Shown here: positions 16,501-28,383 of the stretch, piece after piece
Numbering within the stretch: the first letter of the stretch is position 1
Layout: the number at the start of each line of letters is the position of its first letter
Assembly: GCA_047967505.1 (NCBI GenBank)
Contig: CM106538.1
Strand: one strand, 5' to 3'
DNA length: 64,000 nt
From: Dipteris shenzhenensis
Taxonomy: Eukaryota
Notes under the pieces: model-generated
Told to the model about the DNA's origin: nothing
Databases searched by the model: none
The model's input: only the letters and a program-made list of their open reading frames with translations
Made by a program: the position numbers and the translations under genes

Positions 16501-17250
16501 CATTCGTGGTGTCCTTTGTGGTGCTCAACATGGAAGCCACAACACCAAAGTATAGCGTCCCGTTGGGTAGGCCTTGGTTGCGGCAAGCAAAGGTCAAGCA
16601 AAATTGGGAGCAAAACATCATTTCAATGTGGAGAGGAAAGAAGAAAGTGCGAGTCACAATGGGAGTGGCAGCATCATTGGCAGATGCGGTCCGACCTGTG
16701 TTGGTCGAGACAGTGAACATGGCAAACGAATTGGAGGATGATGAGAGGAGGACGCTTTTCTCAAGGAAAACCTAGAGTTGGTTCCTATCTTCACCATCGA
16801 TGTGGAAGGCATTATAGACAGTTACATGCAACAAAGTTGCCTAGCAAACGCATTCAGCCCTGTTCGGAAGGAGTTTGAGCCCAGCAAGTAGTAGTAGAAT
16901 TGGATATACAGGATCTCCTACAGTAGGAGAGGGAATTCGAAGAACAAATGAGCAGAGTCACAAAATTTCAGGAGGATGCACAGGATACAATTTATCTCGA
17001 AGCGAATGGCACATCTAAACCAATCAAAGTCATCACTTTGTTGACAACTGAATTCTGCAACGAATTGATTGCCTTGTTGCGGGAATTTTTGATGTGTTCG
17101 CCTAGGACTATGCAGATATGAAGGATATGGATCTAAAGTTTTACCAACACTAGGTCAAACCAGATTTCACTTTGACGAAGATACAGAGGTATCATATGAA
17201 TTCGCACGTGGCCAAACAAGTGCCGGAAGAACTGGACCACTTATTGCATA
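13589..17250 (+). mobile_element. Truncated, degenerate Ty3/gypsy LTR retrotransposon (putative LTR/PBS, gag, protease, start of RT)
   Basis: Zn knuckles CTHCRNPGHSIIDC and CAICLTNTHNIVAC; aspartic protease VLVDGSSGVNII..LGRPWL; pre-RT LIALLREF.DVFA.DYADMK..Y.MN..KQV.EELDHLL, cut at ~17250. Possible LTR end ..ctacaca followed by a PBS-like TGGCGATCAC at 13907. Confidence 0.88.
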
Positions 17251-18039
17251 AGTTTATTGTTTTTTGGTTTAGATTGGTTCATAGTTGCATGCTTTTTTTT
17301 TTCGGAATAGTTCATAAATGAATAATTTAGTATAATTTTTGTTAAAGTGGTTGGATTTTATTGTCCTTAGTTGAAAACCATAGTAATTTATTTATTTTTA
17401 GTATTAGTAATTTATTTATTTCTAAGTATTTATAAAATACTCATCAGTTTCTTTAAGAAAAAGCCATGCATTGGTTGGAGATTGGCTTATGCCAATGTAT
17501 AACAATTTAGAGAAGAATGGAAAATATATATTATTATGTGTGTTAGTTCGGGGTTTGCCTATGTTGACCTGTAACAACTTGCACATAGACGTAAAATATG
17601 TATTAATTTAAAAAGAAGAGTCCAAACATAATGCTAGACTTTAACCCAATTGTGCCTTGCTTATGCGGACCAATAGTAGCTCGTCTAGCTTTGTGGCTCG
17701 CAATTATTGTTTTGTGTCAAATCGCAAATTACACTCTACAAATCTTTACATTGGTTTAGAAAGCAACAATCGATAGACTATAATATATCTACAATGAAAA
17801 AAAAGCATGCAACTATGAACCGATCTATAAACCAAAAATCAATAAGTTGTAGCTTGGATATAAGTGTGGGTAGATAGCATAGGTGAGCTAGCCCTCTACT
17901 CCTCATACTTTAAAATAGATAAATAGAACTTACATATTTGTTTTGCAGATTTGCTCATCCTTTTAAAAGTTCTTCTTTATGTTTTTGAGGCTCTTTAAGG
18001 GAGCACCAAAATTAGGAAAATGTGAATAGTACAATGGCG

Positions 18040-18181
18040 ATGGCAACATATATATGTATGTATGCATTAGATATAATTGCATGGCAAGATGCCATGATGG
18101 AAAATTATGACCTGTGAACTTCACAAGAGAATTTTCTGACGTCTTTTCTTTCTTTGTGAATTCCATCTTAGTATCATTCAA
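18040..18181 (-). mobile_element. Ty1/copia gag N-terminal remnant
   Basis: LVKFTGHNFPSWHLAMQLYL matches the copia gag N-terminal pattern KFxGxN(F/Y)xxW. Confidence 0.6.
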
Positions 18182-18590
18182 TCAACACCTTGAAGCAAGA
18201 TTTAGCAAGTATGTCCAAACAAAATCTCTTCTTATATTGATGATTGCTCCTACGTCTTCTTAGATATTAAGGTAAGTCATTTCTTATTTTTAATTTCTTT
18301 TTTATTTTTTTGACACATCAATTTTAAGTTGTTTTGTTGACCTTCACTTTGAAGAAACCTAGAAATAATTTATTATCACATGTCTACAATCTATAGTATA
18401 TGATGCATTAAATTTATACATATATTGCTACATTCATTATAATAAATCAATAATTTTTTTAAAAATAATTATGTCTTTCTAAAAATTATGAAGATTCATA
18501 GAGTGTAATTTGTGGGCCGATACAAGGTATCAATTGCAAACTACACAACCTAAACATTTTTATTATTTCATGCTTATAGTATATGAAATC

Positions 18591-19189
18591 CATTAGGGGA
18601 GAAATGGGGTCTTAAAAGGACCTCATAAGGAATGGATTAAGGGAGGATTATGAAACTTAATTTCATCCTATGTGGAGAGGTCATAATGGAGGTTCAAGTG
18701 TTTTTGCTAGAAATAAAGAGGGAGGGGTCAAAAGAACATCCAAAAGGTTCTAAAAATATAAAACCAAATAGCCTATATTGACACATAATTGGTTGTTGGC
18801 TTGGTGGTAAGGGTCGAAGGATGGAAGCTACATGGTCGTGGGTTTCATATCTTGTCAAGAGCCTTTACATTTTTTGCACCATGGCGAGTTTAATGGGTGT
18901 TCAAGGTGACACTTGCATGCCACCTTTCCACGTGGCAAGACGATCTACCCACTACATTTGGTGGTTTTCTTTTCCAAATCCATGGTATTCTTTCCAAATT
19001 GAAACCACTTTTACAAATTGAAACCACCACCTATGATTTAGGCATAGTAGATTTCACATGCCACCTGAACATACCATTGCCCCACACCTTCTAGCACTCT
19101 CATTGGTATACCTCAAATCACTCTCTAATCCATTGAAATTAGGAAGCACTAGTTGAAGACCCTTTTGAGACCCCAAATCTCCCATAATA
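18591..19189. mobile_element. ~600-bp MITE with ~30-bp imperfect terminal inverted repeats
   Basis: Left end cattaggggagaaatggggtcttaaaagg, right end ccttttgagaccccaaatctcccataata. It interrupts aaatc|tatagatt, which is contiguous in the paralogous repeat copy at ~13560-13572. Confidence 0.8.
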
Positions 19190-19939
19190 TATAGATTATG
19201 TTCCTAGATATATTATAGTATATCAATTGTTGCTTTCCAAACAAATGTAGAGAATTGTAGCATGTAAAATAATTGCGATCCACAAAACCAACTAAGCTTT
19301 GAACAAACTACTATCAGTTTGGCATAGGCGAGGCACAATTGGTTTAAAGTCTAGGGATGCGTCATTTTTACAAGCAAAAACCTATGAGCAGGTTTATTCG
19401 AGCGTGTTTTTCAAGAGATTCAAAAAATTGTATTTCTTTAGGAAACATGGTTTTCACACTTTTATTTTCACTAGAACTAGATCCCTTTATCATAAAAATA
19501 TACATAATTATCACTCATTTAATTTTACATAATGTAAATTTTCTTCTTCATAGACATCCTTTGTATCCCTACTATTACCAAACAAAAGTATTGAAAAATA
19601 ATTCTTTTAAAAAACATCCCTCATAATCACTCTCAATGTAATAATATTATACATATATATATTATTACTTCTTAAACACATTTATAATAATATGACAAGA
19701 GCTTTCTATTATTTTAATAGCATAAATAATAAGATATTTATGGATATGTTTCTAAACAAGTTTAAATTACTATTAATAAGTATTAACTTGGGCTTACATA
19801 TCACTCTCATTAAACATATGTAATATTTAATACTATATATGCATGATTTTTCAATGTATAATCCCATAGATGTGCTTAAATGGGATTTTTTAAATCAATT
19901 TGAGTGACTAAATTTCTATATTTGGACATTGGATGTGAA

Positions 19940-20862
19940 AGCTATGCCATTTTTAAGTGTTATCCATGGTAGTTTCGCCAACGAAACTACTTTGGAAGAC
20001 TTACTTCAAAGGGATTTCGTTGGCGAAACTACCTTGATGGCTTACTTCAATGAGCTTACTTTGGATAAACCCTTTCATGAGACTAGGTTGAGAGAGGGTT
20101 TTCAATGTCACCCCCTATTAAGTAAAAGTTGTAAGAAGACTATGCCACTTTTAAAAGTGTTGTCCATCGTAGTTTCGCTGGCGAAACTACTTTGAAAGAC
20201 CTACTTCAAAGGAGTTTCGTTGGCAAAACTACCTTGATGGCTTACTTCAATGAGGTTACTTTGGATAAACCCACCCTTTAAGAGACTAGGTTGAGAGAGG
20301 GTTTTCAATGTCACCCCCTATTAAGTAACAGTTATAAGAATGATCATGAGGGAATTTTCAAAGAGAAGTCTACTCTACATGTGAGTTTCTTTAAAAGCCA
20401 TTTCATTATGTTACTCACAATTCCCAAAGATTTCAATAAATATTTGTATATAAAATAGGCATTGCAATAATACTTTGAATATTTCTAAGTGACTATGTTT
20501 TGTTCCCATCTATTTTTACCAGAGCGAAACTACTTTGAAAGACCTACTTCAAAGAGATTTCATTGGTGAAACTACCTTGATGGCTTACTTCAAAGAGGTT
20601 ACTTTAGATAAACCCTTTCATGAGACTTGGTTGAGAGAGGGTTTTCAATGTCACCCCCTATTAAGTAAAAGTTGTAAGAATGATCATAAGGGAATTTTCA
20701 AAGAGAAGTCTACTCTATATGTGGGTTTCTTCAAAAGCCATTTCATTATGTTACTCACCATTCCCAAAGATTTCAGTAAATATTTGTATATAAAATAGGC
20801 ATTACAATAATACTTTGCATATTTCTAAGTGACTATGTTTTGTTTCGATCTATTTTTACCAA
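19940..20862. repeat. Tandem repeat, 3 copies of a ~160-bp core (periods ~200 and ~340 bp)
   Basis: cgaaactacttt..gac.tacttcaaa..aaactaccttgatggcttacttcaa..gagagggttttcaatgtcacccccta at ~19982, ~20182 and ~20525. Confidence 0.9.
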
Positions 20863-22258
20863 ATTTTTACATAGTTGAAAGCTTTTTTTTTCCTTCACTT
20901 GAATGCTCAAAAAATGCTCGTCCCCAAAGTCTATTATCTCTAGATTCTACTTTTAAACTAATATATATTTTTCTATGTGCAAGTTGTTATAGGTCAAGAT
21001 AAGCAAACCCCCAACTCACGCACAATAATATATATTTTTTCATTCATCTGTGAACTGTTACACATTGGCAGAAGCAAATCTCTAACCCATGCATAGTTTT
21101 TTATTAAAGAAACTACTAAATATTTTATCATTTAAAAAAATAAAATAAATTATTACTACTACAAATAAATTATCTAAGAAAACCCTTTCAAAAATATATT
21201 GAAGCGGTTGGTACCAAAACACTCTCTATAACGAAATATTTAATGAAAGAGCACAAGCACATCATTGAACGGCTTTTTGCAAATCCCATGTGCCATTTGA
21301 GCAAACCCTTATAGGGATATCCCAAAGCAGATGGGATACACAAAAGCAAACTACAACTAAAACATTTCACAATTATTATTTTTTTAATAAAAGAAAAAAT
21401 CTATAAAAAGAACTGAGTCATTCACTGACTAGCGCCTGTGAATTCCATGTGTTGGTCCTCTTGTTGAACGAGGAGCGAGCAGATGATGTGCTTGTTTTGC
21501 TGATGCCTCTCCTCAAGCAACCCATGTACTCGCCACTCCTAATGGATTGATACACCCATCCTTCCTTGCCTCCCACCAGCTCGCCTGGTGGTGTCGAGGA
21601 TCATCTCCTCTTGTGCAAACATAAGTGTAATCATCAACAACCTTGGCTTGCTCATACAGGTGTTGCAAGCACGTGCATGATAGAAAAATCACAAATATAA
21701 GTAATAAAAGTCCTAATAGCTGAGTAGAACAAGACCAACCTTTGTTAGCAGTCGCTTTGGATTTTTCTTGAGCCCGTTCGTGTGCCATCTTGGCTTTTGA
21801 CCATTGCCACCATGCATTTCTTTTTTTCAAAGACATGAGCCTTTGCAAACAATGGTTCAAGCTACGAGATACAACAAGCGATGGTAAATAAATTCCTTGA
21901 GGGAGTGCAAGTGAGTTGTGAAACACAAACTCCCCATGCTTGCCTTCTAGAGACCACAAAAAACAATCTTAACGCATAGAAGGGAAGACCAAGGCAAAGA
22001 GAAAACACACCCTATGAAAGAAATAAGCATAGAAAGGCAAAGGGTGAACTTATGCAAACACAAGGACCAAATCTGGGCAAATAAGGGAGCAAGCACAATG
22101 TAAGCCGTATCCAAGAAAAGTCGATCTACCAAGTCGCATGGCAACTCGATCATGGTGGTGGCAAGGAAATCAAAAGAAATTGTGTGTGGAGGGTGATTCA
22201 TAGCTGAGAATGACCTTGAGCACGATACTGATGCTTGAGCCATTTCTGCGACTCTCAG

Positions 22259-22400
22259 GTTGTTAATCACAACATCCCAACCGCATTGATTGAGGCTACG
22301 CTGATGGAAGTTCAGAGTTTTTTTGAACTGCCAACAGAAGAACGGCTCAACTACTCATTTCATTCCCTTGCAAAGAACCCAAGAGGGTATGGCATGCATT
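22259..22400 (+). pseudogene. Orphan exon of a 2-oxoglutarate/Fe(II) dioxygenase (DIOX_N region)
   Basis: cag|GTTGTTAATCAC gives VVNHNIPTALIEATLMEVQSFFELPTEERLNY..PRGYG, at the usual FQ|VVNHG intron position; no other exons recognised. Confidence 0.7.
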
Positions 22401-24680
22401 ACTGCTATCCTCAAACAGAATTTAGCGCCCCTCTTGCTCACTAAGGTAGGATGCTATCTTAATGCTCTCTTGCTACTATCTTCTCTTTCTTGGATAAAAA
22501 ATATGCTAAGGTAGGCTGCAACAGTAAAGGCTGAATTGAAGAAGGAAGTGGACTATCCAAATGGCTTCAAAAAGTGTTCTATGCATATGCGACCAGTATG
22601 GGGGCTCACAAGGCTACCACCAGTTAGTTGCCTGCACGATCAGGCCAACCAGGCTGGTCTATTCTGGCCAACCATGCCAACTGGAATTAGGGCCATATAT
22701 GTGGCCCTTAGCTGGCCCATTACGACATTCCACTTGGCTAGTCTTATGGCTAGCTGGGGGGTTGCACAACTCGTACATGATTTCTGCACTTCATGCATGC
22801 TTTAGTGGAAGTTTAGATCGAGAACCAGAGAATGACACGTGCCAACATGTGTGCTAAGAACAAATGGTCCCCAAACATTTGGATGTAGTTTGCACAAATG
22901 GTCCCCAAACATTTGGATGCAGTTTGTCAACAACCAAACTAGCTAACCTACTAGTCAGGCTTTTGTCACTCAATGAGTAATTTATATGCCTCTCTTTGGG
23001 AATGAACAGCCTATAGGAGACCCCTTTGAAGCATCATAGACCGGGTTTCTGCATTTTCCCACCTTCAGCACTAGATTGATCCTTGTTTTTTGGTATAGTA
23101 GTAGTGATGAGGGGAATTTTATTTTTTCTAACCACCACTCACATGTCATTGGCCTCTCAGCACAACTTTAAGTGTGTGTGTGTGTGCACGGCCATTCTAC
23201 ACCAATAAATGGCAAGATGAAATGTGTCATACCACACACTAGAGTAAAATGCAAATAACACACAACACTCGATCTAGGTTACAAGCACCACCTCCCATAG
23301 AAAACAAAATATGGGCTATCATGACTTTCACAAGAAGCCACTCTCAAGGAGTTACAGACCAATTACCTCTTGCAAAGCATAGTTGTGTGCACAAGTTTTG
23401 GTAGGAGCAAGTTGCATTTACATTGACAAGTCTATTTCAGTTTTCAAATGGATAAGCAACAGCTCATCTATGACAAGCAGTGGCCTCCAAGAAAAACATA
23501 GCCCCTTTTTTAATGTCCTCAAGAAATTAATGAAGCAGGCGCTCTTCCAGAAAGGCTGACTTCTTGGTTTAAAATATCAAATTCCTTGTTTGTAACTCCA
23601 TTCACTTGATCTTTTTCCGTTATCCTCTCACCAAGTATACTGCAGTTAGGAGGATTAAACAGGATTTCAAAATGGGGTTTTACAAATCACATATCCTCAC
23701 ACAACCGTTTGCGAATTGGCACATGGATTAACAAAGCTATTAAAGCTTTGCGCTTTCTTGCTTAATTCCTGAGTGTTGAAAGCATATATGATTTCACAGG
23801 CAAACTTCATAGGGAATATTGGAAGCCCAATGGTGAGTGCAGCACCGGGAAGAATGTATTAATATTCTACTTGGAATTCTTGCATTGGAGGTGCGCCTTT
23901 CAAAGGACGAGACAAACACGATCAGCCAATTTCAAAGTAATCATAGTTAACACTTAATGAATGCAAGATTGCAAGCAATAGTCAAGTTCTTCATATAGTT
24001 CGACTGAAGGATGCCCAAAAAAGGTCAACCCTAACAATAAAGCAGATCGTGCCTTTGCTTAGACATAAAGAAAGTCCTGTCCCTCCAAAGATGGGAGCGC
24101 TTCCAATTACCTAAGCGCAATCTCGAATGAAAATTTTTGTATGTAGAGCCTTATACATTACACACCCATTGGAAGCCTGAGTAGCTAGCTAGCTAGTACC
24201 TAAGTAGCTAGCTACTAGTACCTAAGTAGTATTATCTAGCAAATAGTACTTTCTTGGTAACTAATGCTAGCTGGTACTGGTAGCTAGTAACTACTACCTA
24301 GCATCTACTAGCTACACAAACTAGCAGCTAGTTTGTCCTAGAAGTAATTTCCAAGTACTTCAAACCCACTAGTTAGTGTCGCTTAAGGAAGCATATTGCA
24401 AGTGAAAGTCAAAAAACCCATACAAGATTTCATGTTCAAGAAATAAAAGTGAAACACCACATAATGCTTACTCTTAGGTGTTTTCTTGCACCCAAGTGGG
24501 GTGAACCCTATGGTTTGTGCCCTCGTAGTATCCGATATTGCGGTTGATTCCATGAAATTCTGACATATGCAGTCTCCATCTGGCACATAAATACAAAGCA
24601 CATGATATGGTACCATATCATCATCTGTTGTGGCAAGGCCGTGGCCACACTCAACATCATCTAGCTTGAAGAATGCTTAC

Positions 24681-24850
24681 CGAGATGGAAATGCTGACCA
24701 CATTTGAGTTTGGCAATGGATTGTTCTTCAACATCCATTACTGCCTCCAAGCAGACAAAGCAAGACGCAACAACTGAGGGTGACACCACCTGAGTGTTGG
24801 CCAAAGGGAAGGAGGCATCAGGGAGGGGAATGGACTTGTCAACAAACATG
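24681..24850 (-). pseudogene. Orphan RING-H2 E3 ligase exon (RFI2-like)
   Basis: CFVCLEAVMDVEEQSIAKLKCGQHFHL followed by a G|GTAAGC donor; the second half of the RING (CI..CP.CR) was not found. Confidence 0.65.
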
Positions 24851-24949
24851 GTAGAAAAGATCGAGGGAAATCGAGAAAAAAAGTGCAAAGCGAGCAAGGC
24901 TCTGATGATGGAGCTGGGACCAAGGAATGTGTCCTTTGTGTTCATTTCA

Positions 24950-25250
24950 ATTTGCATTTTCTACAAAGCAATTTGAATTTTGCACATAGAAATTTCAATT
25001 TGGCATATAGCACTTTGCATTTGGCTTAAGGTACTTTGCATTTAGCACATAACCACACATTTGTGTGGGGGGAGAGTAGACACACTTTCTCTCTAAAAAT
25101 TATAAGCCCAAGGAACGTGCCCTTGGGTTCATATCGATTTGTGTATCTAGCACATAGCAACTTACATATAGCACATAGCAATTTGAGCTTAGCACATAGC
25201 AATTTGCACTTGGTACATATCACTTTGCACTTGTCAGATACTTCTGCACT
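24950..25250. repeat. Degenerate ~21-bp minisatellite
   Basis: Repeated variants of atttgca(t/c)ttggcacatagc / tagcacatagcaatttg. Confidence 0.75.
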
Positions 25251-27822
25251 ATTCATCTTATGGAAAAGAAGATTTTGTATTGTTTTCTTCACATTAATAA
25301 ATGGGTCTTTTCTTTGGAAAATATGATCTCATCTCAACTTGAATACTATGAAATTAAAATTCTTTGAAAGCGTAAGGTTAATTTACTCTTCCTTGATTGT
25401 ATAACTCTGTAACCATTGAACCAAATCCCAGAGATGATTAAGAGCAACGTCCTTGCTGATAAGAATGCTCTTAGTATCTACATAAACAAAGAAAACTCAT
25501 GGAACACGATCTAGTATGTCCCCATAACATTCAAAAATAAGAAATTCCCATTAATTAGTTGTAGAGAAGAGAAGAGGGGTGAAAAGGAAGAGGAAAAGAA
25601 CATGGTTAAATAAGGGATAAAGGAGGGATGGAGGAGCTTCAATTGAGAGGGACACCTTAAGAAGGGGGCATTAAAGAAGAAGGCACGAGCTAAAATCTAG
25701 AAGAATGGCATTTTCAAAGTAGTCAAAAAGAGTATTAATTACAACTCTGGGATTTTATTTATCAAGCTGTTGGGTTTTCCTCCATGCACCAATTTCTGAA
25801 ATGGTCTTGTGTCTAAATTGCATGTAGATGTTTGTGTGATACCATGGTGATGGCCTCTGTGAAGCCACAAAGATTGTGGGCCAATAGGGAGGGTAGTCCC
25901 AAATGGTGGAATTGGAATTTTTACAAACAAGGCACCCTGAGGTCGTATCATCGTTTGGAATGGGGCAGGTAGTGTTGAGCGGTAGGGTGCAACCCTAGTT
26001 GGAGCAACCAGAGAAGCATGCAAAGAATGGGGATTTGCAAGCAGCTAATTTGCCTAAACCAGACATTTCCATCATTGAAGCTATAGAAATAGTAAGAATA
26101 TATTGAGCAAGCATGCTTAGTATGCAGTTATCATTTTCCAAAGCTATCAAGATTCTAGATTTAATAGATCAAAATGCTTTCTACTATCATCGTAAACTCA
26201 AGGTATCCAAAATGGAGAAGCCACATACTATACAAAGTATGGATCTATTGAGAGGCTCCAATCTGCACTGCATATGCCCAATCCAAAGAACACCAAACGA
26301 AGATGATTGGCAAATCAAAGTGTTCTTTCGACTAAAATGAAGATTGTGGGAGCCTAAGCTTCTCCATTTGCAGCACGAGAAAATCTCTTCAAAATTAGGA
26401 AAGCTTTTGGGCAATGGAAAGGCAAGAAAATAGAGGTGAAATCAATCTCTGGAAGCAGATTGTTACCTTACTAGGCACTACAATTGTATGCAATACCGTT
26501 TCAAGTAGGAACTCTTGCATATGCACCATAGTAAGTGTTGGGCTTGCTCTTTCCCTTACTCCTTTTTGCTTGCCCACCACCTTGAAGAGATCCTCCATTT
26601 CTATTACGTTGCTATTTCATCTTTTTTATATTCTCATGGCAATTAACTGATTTCCTTTGTCACTTTTCCTAAACTTCCATTGGTCGTTTACTGCAAGAGA
26701 TCGACGGAATCATGCACAATTGTCAATGGGCACGTATTTTTATTCAAGACCGATCTACTGATCCGCATTGGTTGCTCGTTATAAAGATTAGATTTGAAAA
26801 CCATTTTCAATAGCACGTGTTTCTTCTAATGTATTTGCGATAGAAACATCTCAAAATGTGATAAGATAGTGTCGAAAGTGATATAAGGCTTAATTCCGAC
26901 TTGGTGCCTTTCAAACTGAATGAAGTGCATTTGTTTGAAGGAAAAGCATTGGCACCATACCTTTGAATTGGATCATCAAACTACCGCTCAAGAAAAATTT
27001 GTGAATGGCTTCGATAGATAAAGTGTTGAAATGCACTTCCCATAACAAGCAAGGATAGGAAAGTGGTGAAGATGAGGGTAGCAAGCTGAGGAAATGATGA
27101 GAAAATTGTAGCATATTATCCCATTGGAGTTTGCAAAATTATGGAATTTGGTAGGGAGATGGTGTTAGATTGATGAGGCAATAAAATGAATAGGCGAAAA
27201 ATGAAGATTGGGAGGATGCTATTGAGACAAGAAGAAAGGGCAAGAAAGCTACGTATGTGGCAACAGTGTGGCGAAAAGTCTCATGGATTAATCATACAAC
27301 ATACCCCATCGTGGTTTTTCATGACTTCTTGAAGATGAAGACTGCTTTCCTCCACTTCACGCAGTAATTCTCTCTCTCCCTGTATCTGTCTCTCCTACGG
27401 ATATTCCACAAGGGAATGGAGCTTCCTCCGTGGCCTGCAAAATGACACAACATTAGACAAATGAGCAAGCCAAACATCATCCCGAAAACAAGTTGGCTCT
27501 ACGATTGCAATCTTTGTGAGAGGAGATAGGAAGGCAGAAGAAGCAAAAAAAAACGAGGGAGGAAATGGACCTTAATGAATGTGCATGCATGTGGCTATGG
27601 CAAACCTGAAGCAGAAGCAAACAGAGAGGGCTAGAATTTTTGCAAATCGTTCTATGGCAACAATCTTTTGCAGAAGGAGGGAGCAAAAGCAAGGTGGAAG
27701 AAGGAAAGAAGAGCAGTAGGGAGTACCTGATGTCTAGTAATAGTGTGTAGAACGAGTTACAAAGGAGACGTTTGGACAATTCCTTACCATTTGGGGCACG
27801 AGGGCTTCTTTCCATTTTCATG

Positions 27823-28383
27823 GGCGGGAAGGAGGGGGGGAACACTGGGGATGTCTTGGAAGGGGTGAGAAGGCAAGCGTCCATTATCATCTGGGAAGAG
27901 AAAGGACAAAACAGAAAGCTAGGCAGAGGAACCATGGTCCAGTAACGAAAATCAAACACGAAGAGAAAGCAAACCTCGAGGGAAGGGGAGGACACCGCGG
28001 GAGGTGAGGGAGGGGATATGGTGGAAGAGAGCACAGGAGGTGGCATTGGAGGTGAAGAAGCAGATGGAGGGGATGCCTCATCTACGATGTCTTCATGCTC
28101 TGGTCCCCTGCCCTCGCCTCCCACGAAAGCCAGGCTCCATGTTGAGCATGGAGTCGAAGGAGTCTCGGAAGCTGGAACCGCAGGAGCATTGAGGGGGGAG
28201 GAGGTCGGGGACACCAACGATATGGATGTTGGTGGGGAAGCTGGAAGCTTTGGTGTTGGAGGCGGCTGTGGTCTCTGAGAGGACAAAGGTGATGGAGAAG
28301 CCATGGCAGGCGAGGCAGCCGGCAAGCTGCATGAGGGGGTTGATATGGCCCTGCTGAGCAAAGGGCAAAACTACTACAGCCAT
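27823..28383 (-). pseudogene. Truncated UDP-glycosyltransferase paralog (exon 1 28383-27975, intron, exon 2 stub 27890-27823)
   Basis: VVLPFAQQGHINPLMQLA..SFRDSFDSMLNMEP is nearly identical to the 45547 gene with the same intron position; it carries an internal micro-inversion and lacks the PSPG half. Confidence 0.92.

Noticed and set aside
21513-21959. ORF with a faint HMG-box-like look (KKRNAWWQWSK..LYEQAK)
   Set aside because: Too weak to call without a profile search.
25700-27200. Possible degraded retroelement coding sequence
   Set aside because: No diagnostic motif recognised.
27477-28361. 294-aa Ser/Pro-rich ORF (likewise 44956-45684)
   Set aside because: Alternative frame of the GC-rich UGT exon 1.
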